Source: Alphaproteobacteria bacterium (lineage in GTDB: Bacteria > Pseudomonadota > Alphaproteobacteria > UBA2966). From it: 64,000 bases of DNA. This document shows, one piece after another, positions 37,975-47,771 of the stretch. The stretch covers positions 384,001-448,000 of the forward strand of contig OZ219858.1 in NCBI GenBank assembly GCA_964291395.2, given 5' to 3'. The first letter of the stretch is position 1. Every line of letters starts with the position of its first letter. The notes under the pieces are model-generated. The model saw only the letters and a program-made list of their open reading frames with translations. It searched no databases and had not been told where the DNA came from. Position numbers and translations under genes: made by a program.

Positions 37975-38711
37975 GCACGGACGACGACACTCCCGTCTTT
38001 CCGCCACTCTTTCACGGCCAAGCGGTCGCGGGGGTGATCGATCCCTTCGCCAAGGCCTGCGCCCAGGCGGCCCTGGGCTGCGACGCTGGGCTGATCGTCT
38101 ACAACATCGGAACCGACCGTCTGGCCGCGGCCATCGTGTTTGCGCCCGAGGTCCCGCTGGAGGATGCCATGGCAATGCTGCCGGCTTGCGGCGTCGGGTT
38201 CCAGAACGCGCTGGGTTCGCTCGCCCCTCCCGAGGTCGGGGTGCATCTGACGTGGGACGGAGGCATCCTGGTCAATGGGGCGGAGTGCGGGCACCTGCGC
38301 GTCGCCGCGGCCACGTCCGATCCCGCGGCGGAACCCGATTGGCTGGTCGTCGGCCTCGACGTGCCGTTGATTCCGGAGGATCCCGACGCGCCCGGGGCCG
38401 CGCCCGGGCGAACGTCGCTGTTCGAGGAAGGCTGCGTCGACGTTTCGCCCCTGCACCTGCTGGAAAGCTGGTCGCGTCACACGCTCGTCTGGATCAACCG
38501 CTGGTCCGACGAGGGGGCGCGGCCGCTGCACGAGGAGTGGCGGGGACTGGCCCGTGACGTCGGAGAGGACGTCGAACTCGACCACCACGACGGGCTCCTC
38601 CGTGGCACCTTTGTCGGTATCGACGAACGCTTCGGCATGCTCCTGCGGAACGGCGGAGAGACGCGTTTGCTGCCGCTGAGCGACCTGCTGAATCTGGAAC
38701 GAGGGTCATGA
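37971..38711 (+). CDS. Biotin/lipoate protein ligase-like protein (DUF4444-type C-terminus)
   Basis: GTG start coupled to mrp; HLTWDGGILVNG, WLVVG, TSL.EEG, and a BirA-like C-terminal GTFVGIDERFGMLL. Confidence 0.72.
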   Translation: MSTDDDTPVFPPLFHGQAVAGVIDPFAKACAQAALGCDAGLIVYNIGTDRLAAAIVFAPEVPLEDAMAMLPACGVGFQNALGSLAPPEVGVHLTWDGGILVNGAECGHLRVAAATSDPAAEPDWLVVGLDVPLIPEDPDAPGAAPGRTSLFEEGCVDVSPLHLLESWSRHTLVWINRWSDEGARPLHEEWRGLARDVGEDVELDHHDGLLRGTFVGIDERFGMLLRNGGETRLLPLSDLLNLERGS

Positions 38712-39193
38712 ATCTCGCGCGCGCGATCCACTTCGACGAAAGCGACATGAGGGTCTTCTACAGCCCCGCGCGCACGGGCGAATGGTGCATCTCGGGCGGT
38801 TTCGAGTTCTCCAACTGGAGCGAGGCCGACCTGACCGGCAAGGCGCGTCAAGCTTTCGCGAACGGCTGGCTCGGCGTGGAGACGTTCGGCCGCGTGACCT
38901 TCGTGGCGGTCACCCGGATACAGCAACAGGAGTTCGACGTGCTGGTGCGTCGGCTCGCGGAGCATTTCGTCGATATCTACGGTGCGCCCTCGGTCGAAGC
39001 GGCGCTCGGCGTGGCGCGGGAGGAGGTGGCCCAGATGGCCGACCTCTGCGAGGATCATCCTCCCAACACGCTGCTCACCGTGTCCCGCGAGTTGACCGAC
39101 GCGGGGGTGAAGGAAAGCTTCCGCACCCTCGAGGCCGAGGAGGCCGGGCTCGAGCAGTTCGCCATCCACGGCGATCCCGAGGGCCTCCACTGA
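38708..39193 (+). CDS. Conserved protein (DUF6505-like)
   Basis: LARAIHFDESD, GEWCISGGFEF, GKARQAFANGWLG; ATGA coupling. Confidence 0.75.
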   Translation: MNLARAIHFDESDMRVFYSPARTGEWCISGGFEFSNWSEADLTGKARQAFANGWLGVETFGRVTFVAVTRIQQQEFDVLVRRLAEHFVDIYGAPSVEAALGVAREEVAQMADLCEDHPPNTLLTVSRELTDAGVKESFRTLEAEEAGLEQFAIHGDPEGLH

Positions 39194-39223
39194 AGCGAAG
39201 CCGGCCGGGGGCGAAGCGCCGGG

Positions 39224-40033
39224 CTAGTCGGCGTTTGCGTTGTGCGTGAACAGGCGGTCGCCGCCCAGGGTGTAGCCGTCGATCAAGACCCGGGCGCGGT
39301 CGCTCGTCAGCCACTCTTCGAGACGGCGCCCCGGCGTACCCTTGACGTGGGGGTGCCTCTCCGGGTTCACCGGCAGGTAGGCGTATTGGTTGAACAAGGC
39401 GGGATCGCCGGAATAGAGCAGCACCATATCGCCCTTGTTGCCGAACTTGAGCCAGCTCGCGCGGTCCGACATGGTGTAGGCGTTCATCGCCTGCGCGGTA
39501 TTGAGCGCGGCACCCATGCCCGAGCCGACCGAGCGGTACCAGGTCCCGAAGCCTCCGGGATTCCGCCGCGCCGCGCGCCAGAGCGCGAGCTCCTTCTCGT
39601 GGGTGCCGCTGTCGTCGCCCCGGCTCACGAACGGAGCCCCGGCCTCGGCGATCCTGACCAGCGCCTCGGCCGCGCCGCCGGCCCCGGCAATGCCCGCCGG
39701 ATCGTGCCCGGGACCGATCAGCACGAAGTCGTTGTACATGATGTCGCGCCGGTGGGTTGCGAATCCCGAAGCGACGAAGGCCTCCTCGGCACTACGGGAG
39801 TGCACCAGGACCGCGTCCACGTCGCCGGCCCGCCCGAGCCGCAGTGCCTGACCGGTGCCCACCACCAGAAGTTGTACGTCGAGCCCGAGGTCCCGCTCGA
39901 TCGCCGGCAGCAGGATGTCGGACAAGCCGGAGTTGTGAAACGAGGTGGTCACCGCCACGCGCATCGTTTCCGCGCGGACTCCGGCGGCGACGAGCAACAC
40001 GGTCGCGAACGCAATCGTTCCGAGCCGGATCAT
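39224..40033 (-). CDS. tupA: Tungstate ABC transporter substrate-binding protein
   Basis: VTTSFHNSGL, VGTGQAL, MYNDFV, SRGDDSGTH, DRASW, NQY motifs. Confidence 0.92.
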   Translation of the reverse strand: MIRLGTIAFATVLLVAAGVRAETMRVAVTTSFHNSGLSDILLPAIERDLGLDVQLLVVGTGQALRLGRAGDVDAVLVHSRSAEEAFVASGFATHRRDIMYNDFVLIGPGHDPAGIAGAGGAAEALVRIAEAGAPFVSRGDDSGTHEKELALWRAARRNPGGFGTWYRSVGSGMGAALNTAQAMNAYTMSDRASWLKFGNKGDMVLLYSGDPALFNQYAYLPVNPERHPHVKGTPGRRLEEWLTSDRARVLIDGYTLGGDRLFTHNANAD

Positions 40034-40746
40034 TCGACGATATCCCCTTTCAGAAAGGCCCGAGCCTCGGGCGTCGCCAACCGTCCCAAGGAGCCGTGAC
40101 CGGACGCAGCTTCGTGCACCTGGCCCTGCAGCAGAAAAAAAACCTCCGTGGCCAGACGCCGTGCCTGGCCCATGTCGTGCGTCGCCATCACGATGCGCGT
40201 GCCGGCGTCGCGGGCCGCCACCAGGATCGCTTCGATCTCGCGCGTCGCCCGGCCGTCGAGGTTGGCGCAGGGCTCGTCCAGAAACAGGATGTCGGGTTGT
40301 CGGATCAGGGCGCGCGCCAGGGCGAGTTTCTGCCTTTCCCCGCCCGACAGCGACGATGCCTGCCTCTCCAGAGCCTCGCCCAGCCCGACCTTCACCGCCC
40401 AGTCGGCCGCCCGGCGGCGGGCTTCGGCGCGGTGGACGCCGTGGACCAGGAGCGGGTAGGCGATGTTCCCGAGAACGTGACGGCGCATCAGGATCGGGTT
40501 CTGAAAGACGTAAGCTTGGCGCGTACGCGCCTCGGCCTCGGGGACGGCCCAGCGCACACGTCCTTCCGCGGCGCGCTCGAGCCCGTGCATCAGTCGCAGC
40601 AGCGAGGTCTTTCCCGACCCGTTCGGTCCGATCACGATGGTCACGCCTTCGGCGGCGATCTCGAGATCGACCGGGCCGACCAGCCGGTTACCGCCGCGGC
40701 GCACCGCGGCCGCCTCCAGGCGCAGGGGCAGAATGGAGCCTACCAT
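40030..40746 (-). CDS. tupC: Tungstate ABC transporter ATPase
   Basis: GPNGSGKT, LSGGERQ, LDEPCANLD, ATHD. Confidence 0.9.
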   Translation of the reverse strand: MVGSILPLRLEAAAVRRGGNRLVGPVDLEIAAEGVTIVIGPNGSGKTSLLRLMHGLERAAEGRVRWAVPEAEARTRQAYVFQNPILMRRHVLGNIAYPLLVHGVHRAEARRRAADWAVKVGLGEALERQASSLSGGERQKLALARALIRQPDILFLDEPCANLDGRATREIEAILVAARDAGTRIVMATHDMGQARRLATEVFFLLQGQVHEAASGHGSLGRLATPEARAFLKGDIVE

Positions 40747-41444
40747 TGGCTGGCCCGTTCGGTGCGCGACAGCGTGTGGATGAGGATATTGACGACGATG
40801 GCGAGCGCGATCAGCACGAAGCCGAGGCCGAGGGCCAGCGCGAGGTTCCCTTTTCCGGTCTCGAGGGCGATGGCCGTGGTCAGGACCCGGGTCGCGTGGT
40901 CGATGTTGCCGCCGACGATCATGATGGCGCCGACCTCGCCGATGGCACGGCCGAAGCCGGCCAGGGCGGCGGTGAGGAGAGCCCGCCGGCCATCCCAGAG
41001 GAGCGCGCGGACGCGCTGGGACTTCGTCGTATGGATCGAAATCAGCAGGTCGTGATAGTCGGCCCAGAGTTCGCGGATCGCCTGGTGGGCGATCGAGGCG
41101 ACGAGCGGCGTAACGACGATCACCTGGGCGATGATCATCGCGGTCGGCGTGAACAGGAGGCCGAGGACGCCGAACGGCCCGGACCGGCTCAGAAGCAGAT
41201 AGACGACCAAGCCCACGACCACCGGCGGCAGGCCCATCAGCGCGTTCATCACGGCGATCACGTGGCGCCGCCAGCGAAACCGGTTGACCGCCAGCCACGC
41301 GCCGAGCGGCATCCCGAGCGCCGAGGCGATCACCACAGCCGTCACCGAGACCTGCAGCGACCGGGCCGCGATCTCGGTCAGGTCACGATCGAGCGTGGCG
41401 ACCAGGCGCGCCGCCGCGATCAGACCTTCCAGTATCTCGTTCAT
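40740..41444 (-). CDS. tupB: Tungstate ABC transporter permease
   Basis: MGLPPVVVGL, SRSGPFG, GFGRAIGEVGA, GGNI...TRVLTTAIALET. Confidence 0.92.
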   Translation of the reverse strand: MNEILEGLIAAARLVATLDRDLTEIAARSLQVSVTAVVIASALGMPLGAWLAVNRFRWRRHVIAVMNALMGLPPVVVGLVVYLLLSRSGPFGVLGLLFTPTAMIIAQVIVVTPLVASIAHQAIRELWADYHDLLISIHTTKSQRVRALLWDGRRALLTAALAGFGRAIGEVGAIMIVGGNIDHATRVLTTAIALETGKGNLALALGLGFVLIALAIVVNILIHTLSRTERASQW

Positions 41445-41820
41445 ATGATCTCCCCTCGCGTCGCCTGACCGGCGCCGTCGTCTGGCGGGCTCGGCGGGAC
41501 TTCGGCTTTCAGCGACTCAGGGCGATGGCCGACAGGTGACGGCGGTAGCCGCCTTCCCCTCCGTGGCAGGTCCGCCGATGGCTGAAGAACCTCCTTCGAT
41601 ATCCAGACCGAAGGAATCACAACTCCAAAATCAATGCCAGGGGTTTCTCGGCAGCCCGCCGGACATGACGCGTCGCAAACGTCGTCGCGATTCCTGCCGA
41701 AACCCGTGCCGTTCGCGGTTACCGGGGCTTGCGTCCCGTCGCATGCGACGACTAAGACAGCGCCCGACGTACGTCGGCGTCCGCGAACGACCCGCGGGCG
41801 TAAATCAGGGGGGTTGCCGG

Positions 41821-42762
41821 GTGCCGCAGGAACAGGGGCGCGCCACTGCCGTCGGAACGGTCGCCGTGCTGATGTGGGCGACCCTGGCCTTGCTCACGGC
41901 GCAATCCGGTCAGGTTCCTCCGTTCCTGTTGGTCGGCCTCTCCTTCACGCTGGCGTTCGTCGTCGGGGTGGCGGTCTGGATATGGGGCCCCGGCGACGAG
42001 CGGTCGTGTGTGGCGCGCGTCCGGTCACAGTTCCGTCTGCCCCTTCGGGTCTGGGCCCTCGGGGTGGGTGGGCTGTTCGGCTATCACTTCTTCTATTTCC
42101 TGGCCTTGCGCAACGCGCCTCCCGTGGAGGCCAGCCTCATCGCCTACCTCTGGCCGCTTCTGATCGTCGTGTTTTCCGCATTCCTACCAGCGGAGCGCCT
42201 GCGTTGGTGGCACGTCGCCGGAACGCTCGCCGGACTGCTCGGCACCGCGATTCTGGTCACTGGCGGCGAGGTTTCGTTCAAGAGTCAGTTCGTGCTGGGA
42301 TATGCCGCGGCGGCGGTCTGCGCGTTGCTCTGGTCAGGCTATTCGGTGTTGTCCCGGACCGTGCGGCAAGTTCCCAGCACGGCCGTCGGGGCGTTTTGCG
42401 GGGTCACGGCAATCCTGAGCTTCGGCGCCCATTTCTCCCTCGAGACGACGGTGTGGCCAGCCGACACCGGTGAATGGCTCGCCGTGCTCGGCTTGGGTCT
42501 GGGCCCTGTCGGCGCTGCCTTCTATCTTTGGGATCATGGCGTCAAGCACGGCGAAATTCGTGTTCTCGGCGCGGCCTCCTATGGCGCCCCGCTGCTTTCC
42601 ACAATCCTCTTGATCGTGGCCGGGCTGGCCGAGGTCACGTGGCAGGTTGGGCTTGCGTGTATTCTGATTACCGGCGGCGCGTTGTTGGCGGCACGGGAAC
42701 TACTGAAAGCCCGCGGGGCCGAAGCCGCGTCATCGCGTGACGGTCCGGCTCGGGCGGGGTAG
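41821..42762 (+). CDS. DMT/EamA family transporter (YddG-like)
   Basis: About ten TM segments, GLFGYHFFYFLAL, IAYLWP, WDHGVKHG. Confidence 0.88.
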   Translation: MPQEQGRATAVGTVAVLMWATLALLTAQSGQVPPFLLVGLSFTLAFVVGVAVWIWGPGDERSCVARVRSQFRLPLRVWALGVGGLFGYHFFYFLALRNAPPVEASLIAYLWPLLIVVFSAFLPAERLRWWHVAGTLAGLLGTAILVTGGEVSFKSQFVLGYAAAAVCALLWSGYSVLSRTVRQVPSTAVGAFCGVTAILSFGAHFSLETTVWPADTGEWLAVLGLGLGPVGAAFYLWDHGVKHGEIRVLGAASYGAPLLSTILLIVAGLAEVTWQVGLACILITGGALLAARELLKARGAEAASSRDGPARAG

Positions 42763-42794
42763 AGTGCGACGATGAACTCAGGGAAGGATGACCC

Positions 42795-43586
42795 ATGATC
42801 GTCGAACAGGTTTGGACCGCCAACAACTTCCGCAATTTCAATTACTTGATCGCCTGTCCGGAGACCGGCGAAGCGTTGGCCGTAGACCCCTTGGACCATC
42901 GGAAGTGCCTGGCTGCCGCCAAAGACAACGGCTGGCAGATCACCCAGATCCTGAACACGCACGAGCACCACGACCACATCGGCGGCAATCAGGCGATGAT
43001 CGATGCCACAGGTGCCAGGCTGCTTGCCCATCGGAACGCCAAGGCCAAGATTCCCGACATGGATACCGGCCTCGCCGCCGGTGACGTCGTGAAGGTCGGC
43101 AAGACGGTCGAACTGGAATCACTCGACACGCCGGGCCACACCATGAGCCACGTGTGTCTGCTGTCGCGCACGGATCAGCCCGCCTTGTTCTGCGGCGATA
43201 CGCTGTTCAACGCGGGTGCCGGAAATTGCCACAATGGCGGTCATCCCGAGGAGCTCTACGATACCTTCGTCCGGCAATTGGCGGCGCTGCCCGACGACAC
43301 GTTGATCTACCCCGGTCACGATTACATCGCGAACAATCTCCAGTTCACCCTCGACCGGGAGCCGGACAACCCGCGCGCATCCGGACTGCTGAAGGAAGTG
43401 GAGGACCAGGACCCCGACGACGCTCTCGTCTCCACGCTCGCGCTCGAGAAGGAGATCAACACGTTCTTCCGGCTGCATAGCCCGACGGTGATCGCGCGAC
43501 TGCGCGAGGCGTTCCCGGATCTGCCGGAAGAGCCTGACGAGAAGACCGTGTTCCTCAAGCTGCGAGAGTTGCGCAACGCCTGGTAG
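42795..43586 (+). CDS. gloB: Hydroxyacylglutathione hydrolase (glyoxalase II)
   Basis: THEHHDHIGG, TPGHT, GDTLF, PGHDY, EKEINTF, LRELRNAW. Confidence 0.9.
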   Translation: MIVEQVWTANNFRNFNYLIACPETGEALAVDPLDHRKCLAAAKDNGWQITQILNTHEHHDHIGGNQAMIDATGARLLAHRNAKAKIPDMDTGLAAGDVVKVGKTVELESLDTPGHTMSHVCLLSRTDQPALFCGDTLFNAGAGNCHNGGHPEELYDTFVRQLAALPDDTLIYPGHDYIANNLQFTLDREPDNPRASGLLKEVEDQDPDDALVSTLALEKEINTFFRLHSPTVIARLREAFPDLPEEPDEKTVFLKLRELRNAW

Positions 43587-43667
43587 GGATCCTCACCCAC
43601 CCGCGCGGTCGGACACGGCAGGGACGCGTTCAGGCGGGGTGAGGGAGAATCACCCGACGAAAATCAC

Positions 43668-44333
43668 TTAGCTCGCTGCCGCCTCCCGAGGCCATCCGGT
43701 CCACGTGTTGAGTCGGCCCCCGTCTTCCGGGATCCATTCCTCGGGCACGGTGCTCGCGAACGACGGCCGCTCCAAGACCGTGGTGAACCACGCCGCCAAG
43801 TTGGGCCGCGACGCACGCCAATCGTGACCCGGGTGACGGAAATCCATGAAACCGAGGCCGATACCGATTGAAATCAAGCCGATATCGATGCCCTCGAACG
43901 TGGGCGCTTCCCTCTCGAGTTCGTCGAGGCAGCGATCTACGGCGGCCATCTGCCGCACGATCCAGCCCGGCGAGCGTTCGTGTTCCACGCGGCGTTGCTC
44001 CCGCAACGCGTCGCCGCCGGCATCGACGATTCCCTCGCCCATGGACTGCCTGCGGATCGCAGTCCAGCGGGCCTTTCCCGGTGCAGGAAACATCTTTGGC
44101 CCGTCATGCAGGGAGTCCAGATACTCGCAGATCACCGCGCTGTCGTAGAGGACGCTGCCGTCCTCAAGGATAAGCGCAGGCACCTTGCCGAGCGGATTGA
44201 CGGCTTGGATGTCGGTGAACTCCGCCCACGGGTGCGTGAGGACCCGCTCGATCCGGTTTCCGAGCCCGACTTCCTCGATCAGGACCGTGCATTTCCGGAC
44301 ATAGGGAGACATCGGGTTGTAGCGCAGCTTCAT
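43668..44333 (-). CDS. Glutathione S-transferase
   Basis: SPYVRK, NPLGKVPAL, DSAVICEYLD. Confidence 0.92.
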   Translation of the reverse strand: MKLRYNPMSPYVRKCTVLIEEVGLGNRIERVLTHPWAEFTDIQAVNPLGKVPALILEDGSVLYDSAVICEYLDSLHDGPKMFPAPGKARWTAIRRQSMGEGIVDAGGDALREQRRVEHERSPGWIVRQMAAVDRCLDELEREAPTFEGIDIGLISIGIGLGFMDFRHPGHDWRASRPNLAAWFTTVLERPSFASTVPEEWIPEDGGRLNTWTGWPREAAAS

Positions 44334-44357
44334 CACGGCGGGTTCATTCGGGTCCAA

Positions 44358-44957
44358 TCATTCGTAAGGCTCGGTGTTGCGGATCGAGGGACGCGACGAG
44401 AATTCCTCGTACCACGCGGCGAGACCCGGGCGACCCTCGCGCCACGCGAAATCCGGCATCCGGAAATCCAGGTAGCCGAGCGCCACGGCGGTCGCGAGCA
44501 GACCGATATCGATACCCCTATAGGTACCTGCGTCCTGTTCCATGGCATCGGCAGCCCGTGTCACGACTCCAAGCTGCCGCTCGGCCCACCACGAGGACCG
44601 TTCGTCCGTCGGACGCATCAATTCGCGGCGGCGCAGGATCGCGGCATCCATCAATCCATCCGCAAGCGCCATTCGCGTCATGGCCCGCCAACGCGCGTCG
44701 CCCTCGGGCGGGAATAGCCTCGGCGGCTTGCCCAGCGAGTCCAGGTATTCGCAAATCACCGGGCTGTCGAACAGGATGCTGCCGTCGTTCCGGGTAAGTG
44801 CCGGGATCTTGCCGATGGGATTCTGCTCGATGACATCGGTATCGGGGTCCCATGGGTTCGCCTGCTCGAGTTCGAGGTCGTTCTCGACGCCCGCTTCTAT
44901 CGCGGTGGCCATACATTTGCGGACGAACGGCGACGTCGTCGAATAACGCAGCTTCAT
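44358..44957 (-). CDS. Glutathione S-transferase (tandem paralog)
   Basis: SPFVRK, NPIGKIPAL, DSPVICEYLD. Confidence 0.92.
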   Translation of the reverse strand: MKLRYSTTSPFVRKCMATAIEAGVENDLELEQANPWDPDTDVIEQNPIGKIPALTRNDGSILFDSPVICEYLDSLGKPPRLFPPEGDARWRAMTRMALADGLMDAAILRRRELMRPTDERSSWWAERQLGVVTRAADAMEQDAGTYRGIDIGLLATAVALGYLDFRMPDFAWREGRPGLAAWYEEFSSRPSIRNTEPYE

Positions 44958-45063
44958 GGGACGTGCCCAACCCGAACGAATTGTTGTGGGACCGCGATCG
45001 CACCAAGCGGTTTCATTATGCACGCCCGCCGCCGCCGAGTCTTCATGCTACCATCGCGGCGCC

Positions 45064-45828
45064 ATGCGGCCCGATATCGTCGATCTGGACCAGTTCTATA
45101 CGACACGCCTCGGACAGGTGAGCCGCCGCCTCATTCGCCGCCGTCTTCAGGAGGTCTGGCCGGATGTGAGAGACCTGCGCGTGCTCGGCGTGGGGTACGC
45201 AACGCCTTATTTGCGCGCGTTTCGCGACAAAGCCGAACGTGTGATCGCGGCCATGCCCGCGAGCCAGGGTGTGATCCACTGGCCCAGGGGAGAGCCGTGT
45301 CTCGTCGCGTTGTCCGAGGAGGTTGAGATTCCACTTCCCGACAACTCGATCGATCGAGTCCTGCTGGTCCATTGCCTGGAAAACGCAGAGCAAGTCCGCC
45401 CGATGCTCCGCGAAATTTGGCGCGTGATGACGTCGGGTGGCAGGCTGCTGGTCGTGGTTCCCAACCGGCGGGGCATTTGGGCACGCTTCGAGAGGACGCC
45501 GTTCGGGCACGGGCAGCCCTTTTCGCCGCCTCAATTGACCAGACTGCTACGCGAGACGATGTTCCTGCCGACCACCACGACGGCGGCAGTGTCGATTCCC
45601 CCCGTCACGTGGCGCCCTCTCCTGAAAATGGCGACCGCCATCGAACGCGTGGGACGGCGATGGGGCGGGGCGGTCGCCGGAGTGCTGATCGTCGAGGCCG
45701 GTAAGCAGATCTACGCTGTCAGCGCGGGTCGGACCCAACGGCCGAGATCCCGACACATCGCCGCCCCCGCCGCCAACAACGTCGCTCCTCGCCACGCGTG
45801 TGGTCTCAGTCGTTGCCCTGGCGGCTGA
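45064..45828 (+). CDS. Class I SAM-dependent methyltransferase (YafS-like)
   Basis: LGVGYATPYL, VVPNRRGIW, TPFGHGQPFS. Confidence 0.85.
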   Translation: MRPDIVDLDQFYTTRLGQVSRRLIRRRLQEVWPDVRDLRVLGVGYATPYLRAFRDKAERVIAAMPASQGVIHWPRGEPCLVALSEEVEIPLPDNSIDRVLLVHCLENAEQVRPMLREIWRVMTSGGRLLVVVPNRRGIWARFERTPFGHGQPFSPPQLTRLLRETMFLPTTTTAAVSIPPVTWRPLLKMATAIERVGRRWGGAVAGVLIVEAGKQIYAVSAGRTQRPRSRHIAAPAANNVAPRHACGLSRCPGG

Positions 45829-46450
45829 GCACGAACACGCCCTGTTCAGCAAACAGGTTGGCGAGCGGGCCGTCGTTGACGATGTTCATGCGGCGACCCT
45901 GCTTATCGACCGAGATCCGGCGTTCGATCCTGATCCCCAGATCGCGGCACAACACCACGAAATCCTTGATCGTGCAGAAATGAGCGTTCGGGGTGTCGTA
46001 CCACTGGCGGTCCAACACCTCCGTGACCGGCATGCGGCCCGTCATCCCGAGCTTCCAACGTACCTTCCAATGACCGAAATTGGGGATCGAAATCACGCAC
46101 TTGCGCCCGATCCGCAGGAGTTGATCGATCACGTCGCGGGGCCGGCGCACCATCTGCAGGGTCTGACTGAGGACGACATAATCGAAGGAGTCGGCCGGAT
46201 AGTTCACCAGATCCGTATCCGCGTCACCTTGGACGACGGATAGGCCCTGCGCCACGCAGGCATTGACGCCGGCCTGACTCAGTTCGATACCGCGGCCATC
46301 CACCTTTTTCGCACGAGCCAGATGACGCAACAGGGCACCGTCGCCGCAGCCGACGTCCAGGATCCGTGCGCCCGGTTCGATCATGTCGGCGATCAGCAGC
46401 AGGTCGACCCGGATTTCGCCGCCGTGAGTCAGCTGGAGGTCGGGGTTCAC
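45806..46450 (-). CDS. metW: Methionine biosynthesis protein MetW
   Basis: [26 protein letters not shown]; downstream of metX. Confidence 0.94.
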   Translation of the reverse strand: MNPDLQLTHGGEIRVDLLLIADMIEPGARILDVGCGDGALLRHLARAKKVDGRGIELSQAGVNACVAQGLSVVQGDADTDLVNYPADSFDYVVLSQTLQMVRRPRDVIDQLLRIGRKCVISIPNFGHWKVRWKLGMTGRMPVTEVLDRQWYDTPNAHFCTIKDFVVLCRDLGIRIERRISVDKQGRRMNIVNDGPLANLFAEQGVFVLSRQGND

Positions 46451-47622
46451 GGGGTATTGCCGCTCCAGTGTTCGGCCGCGCCCCTGAGGAAACCGCGAAT
46501 CGTCTCGAACATCTCGGGCTCGTCCAGAAGGAAGGCGTCGTGCCCTTTGTCGCTGTCAATTTCGACAAAGCTGACATTCGCCGCGGCGGCGTTGAGGGCG
46601 TGGACGATTTTCCGGCTTTCCGGCGTTGGAAACAGCCAGTCCCCGGTGAACGAAATGATGCAGAACCGCGTTGGACACGCCTTGAAGGCGTCGGCGAGAA
46701 CCCCGTTATACTCCTTGATGAGGTCGAAATAGTCCATGGCCCGCGTGAGGTAGAGATACGAGTTCGCGTCGAAGCGTTCGACGAAGACCGTTCCCTGGTG
46801 GCGCAGATAGCTTTCGACCTGGAAATCCGCGCCGAAGCCGTATGACGGCGCGTCCCGGTCCTGAAGCTGCCGGCCGAATTTCCGGTGCATGGCGGCTTCG
46901 GAAAGATAGCTGATGTGAGCGGCCATGCGGGCCACGGACAGACCGGCCTTGGGTATGGCGTTGTGCGACATGTAATCGCCGCCGCGCCAGTCGGCATCTC
47001 CCATGATGGCTTGGCGCCCAACCTCGTGCAGGGCGATGTTCTGAGCGGTGTGATGCACGGCACTACCGATGGGAATCGCCGCGTGCACCCGTCCGGGATA
47101 GGTGACGGCCCATTGCAGCGCCTGCATGCCGCCCATCGAGCCCCCGGAGACGCAAAAAATCTTTTCTATTCCGAGATGATCGAGAAGCATCGCTTGGGCC
47201 CGGACCATGTCCTTGATCGTGATGACCGGGAATGACAGGCCGTAGGGGCTACCCGTTCTCGGATCGATGGATTTGGGACCCTCCGTACCCATGCATCCGC
47301 CCAGGACGTTGGCGCAAACCACCAAATAGCGATCCGTATCGAAGGGCAGACCAGGACCCACCATGAGCGGCCACCAGCCCTCCTTTCCGGTGACGGGATT
47401 GGTGCCGGTCACGAATTGGTCACCCGTCAGGGCATGACACACGAGGATGACGTTGGACCGATCCTCGTTCAGCTCTCCATAGGTTTGATAGGCGACGGTA
47501 AACGGACCGAGATCGACGCCGCAATCCAGCGTCAGCGGCGCGTCGACCCCGAGTTCCACCGTGTGGCCGACCTCAATGTCGGCACCAGCGACAGCCTCAT
47601 CGTATCGTTGAGTGCTACTCAT
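46447..47622 (-). CDS. metX: Homoserine O-acyl(acetyl)transferase
   Basis: [29 protein letters not shown]. Confidence 0.95.
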   Translation of the reverse strand: MSSTQRYDEAVAGADIEVGHTVELGVDAPLTLDCGVDLGPFTVAYQTYGELNEDRSNVILVCHALTGDQFVTGTNPVTGKEGWWPLMVGPGLPFDTDRYLVVCANVLGGCMGTEGPKSIDPRTGSPYGLSFPVITIKDMVRAQAMLLDHLGIEKIFCVSGGSMGGMQALQWAVTYPGRVHAAIPIGSAVHHTAQNIALHEVGRQAIMGDADWRGGDYMSHNAIPKAGLSVARMAAHISYLSEAAMHRKFGRQLQDRDAPSYGFGADFQVESYLRHQGTVFVERFDANSYLYLTRAMDYFDLIKEYNGVLADAFKACPTRFCIISFTGDWLFPTPESRKIVHALNAAAANVSFVEIDSDKGHDAFLLDEPEMFETIRGFLRGAAEHWSGNTP

Positions 47623-47667
47623 GGCTCAACGCCAAACCGCCCACGAAACGCTCGGGAAAGGAGAGCA

Positions 47668-47696
47668 TTGCTATGGACAAGTCTTGGTAATGTCAA
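47668..47696 (-). promoter_or_regulatory. Sigma70-like promoter of metX
   Basis: Perfect TTGACA, 17-bp spacer, TAGCAA on the minus strand in an AT-rich divergent gap. Confidence 0.5.
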
Positions 47697-47771
47697 CGTT
47701 TTCTTTGATTTTACGGAACCTCCGGACTACTACTATCCTTCTCTTTCGGCAGGTCATCACCCTAGATCGCC

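Noticed and set aside
43591-43645. CCTCACCC...GGGTGAGG hairpin as a REP family member
   Set aside because: Only one clear copy in the window; most simply a terminator-like stem between convergent genes.
47727-47740. CTACTACTAT as DnaA-trios of a replication origin
   Set aside because: No adjacent DnaA box; better explained as the -10 element of the chorismate mutase promoter, with TTGATT 17 bp upstream.
47623-47771. SAM-II (SAM-alpha) riboswitch expected upstream of metX
   Set aside because: The GCUGAUUU/GUGAUUU...GCUAAA signature is absent; only promoter-like elements are seen.
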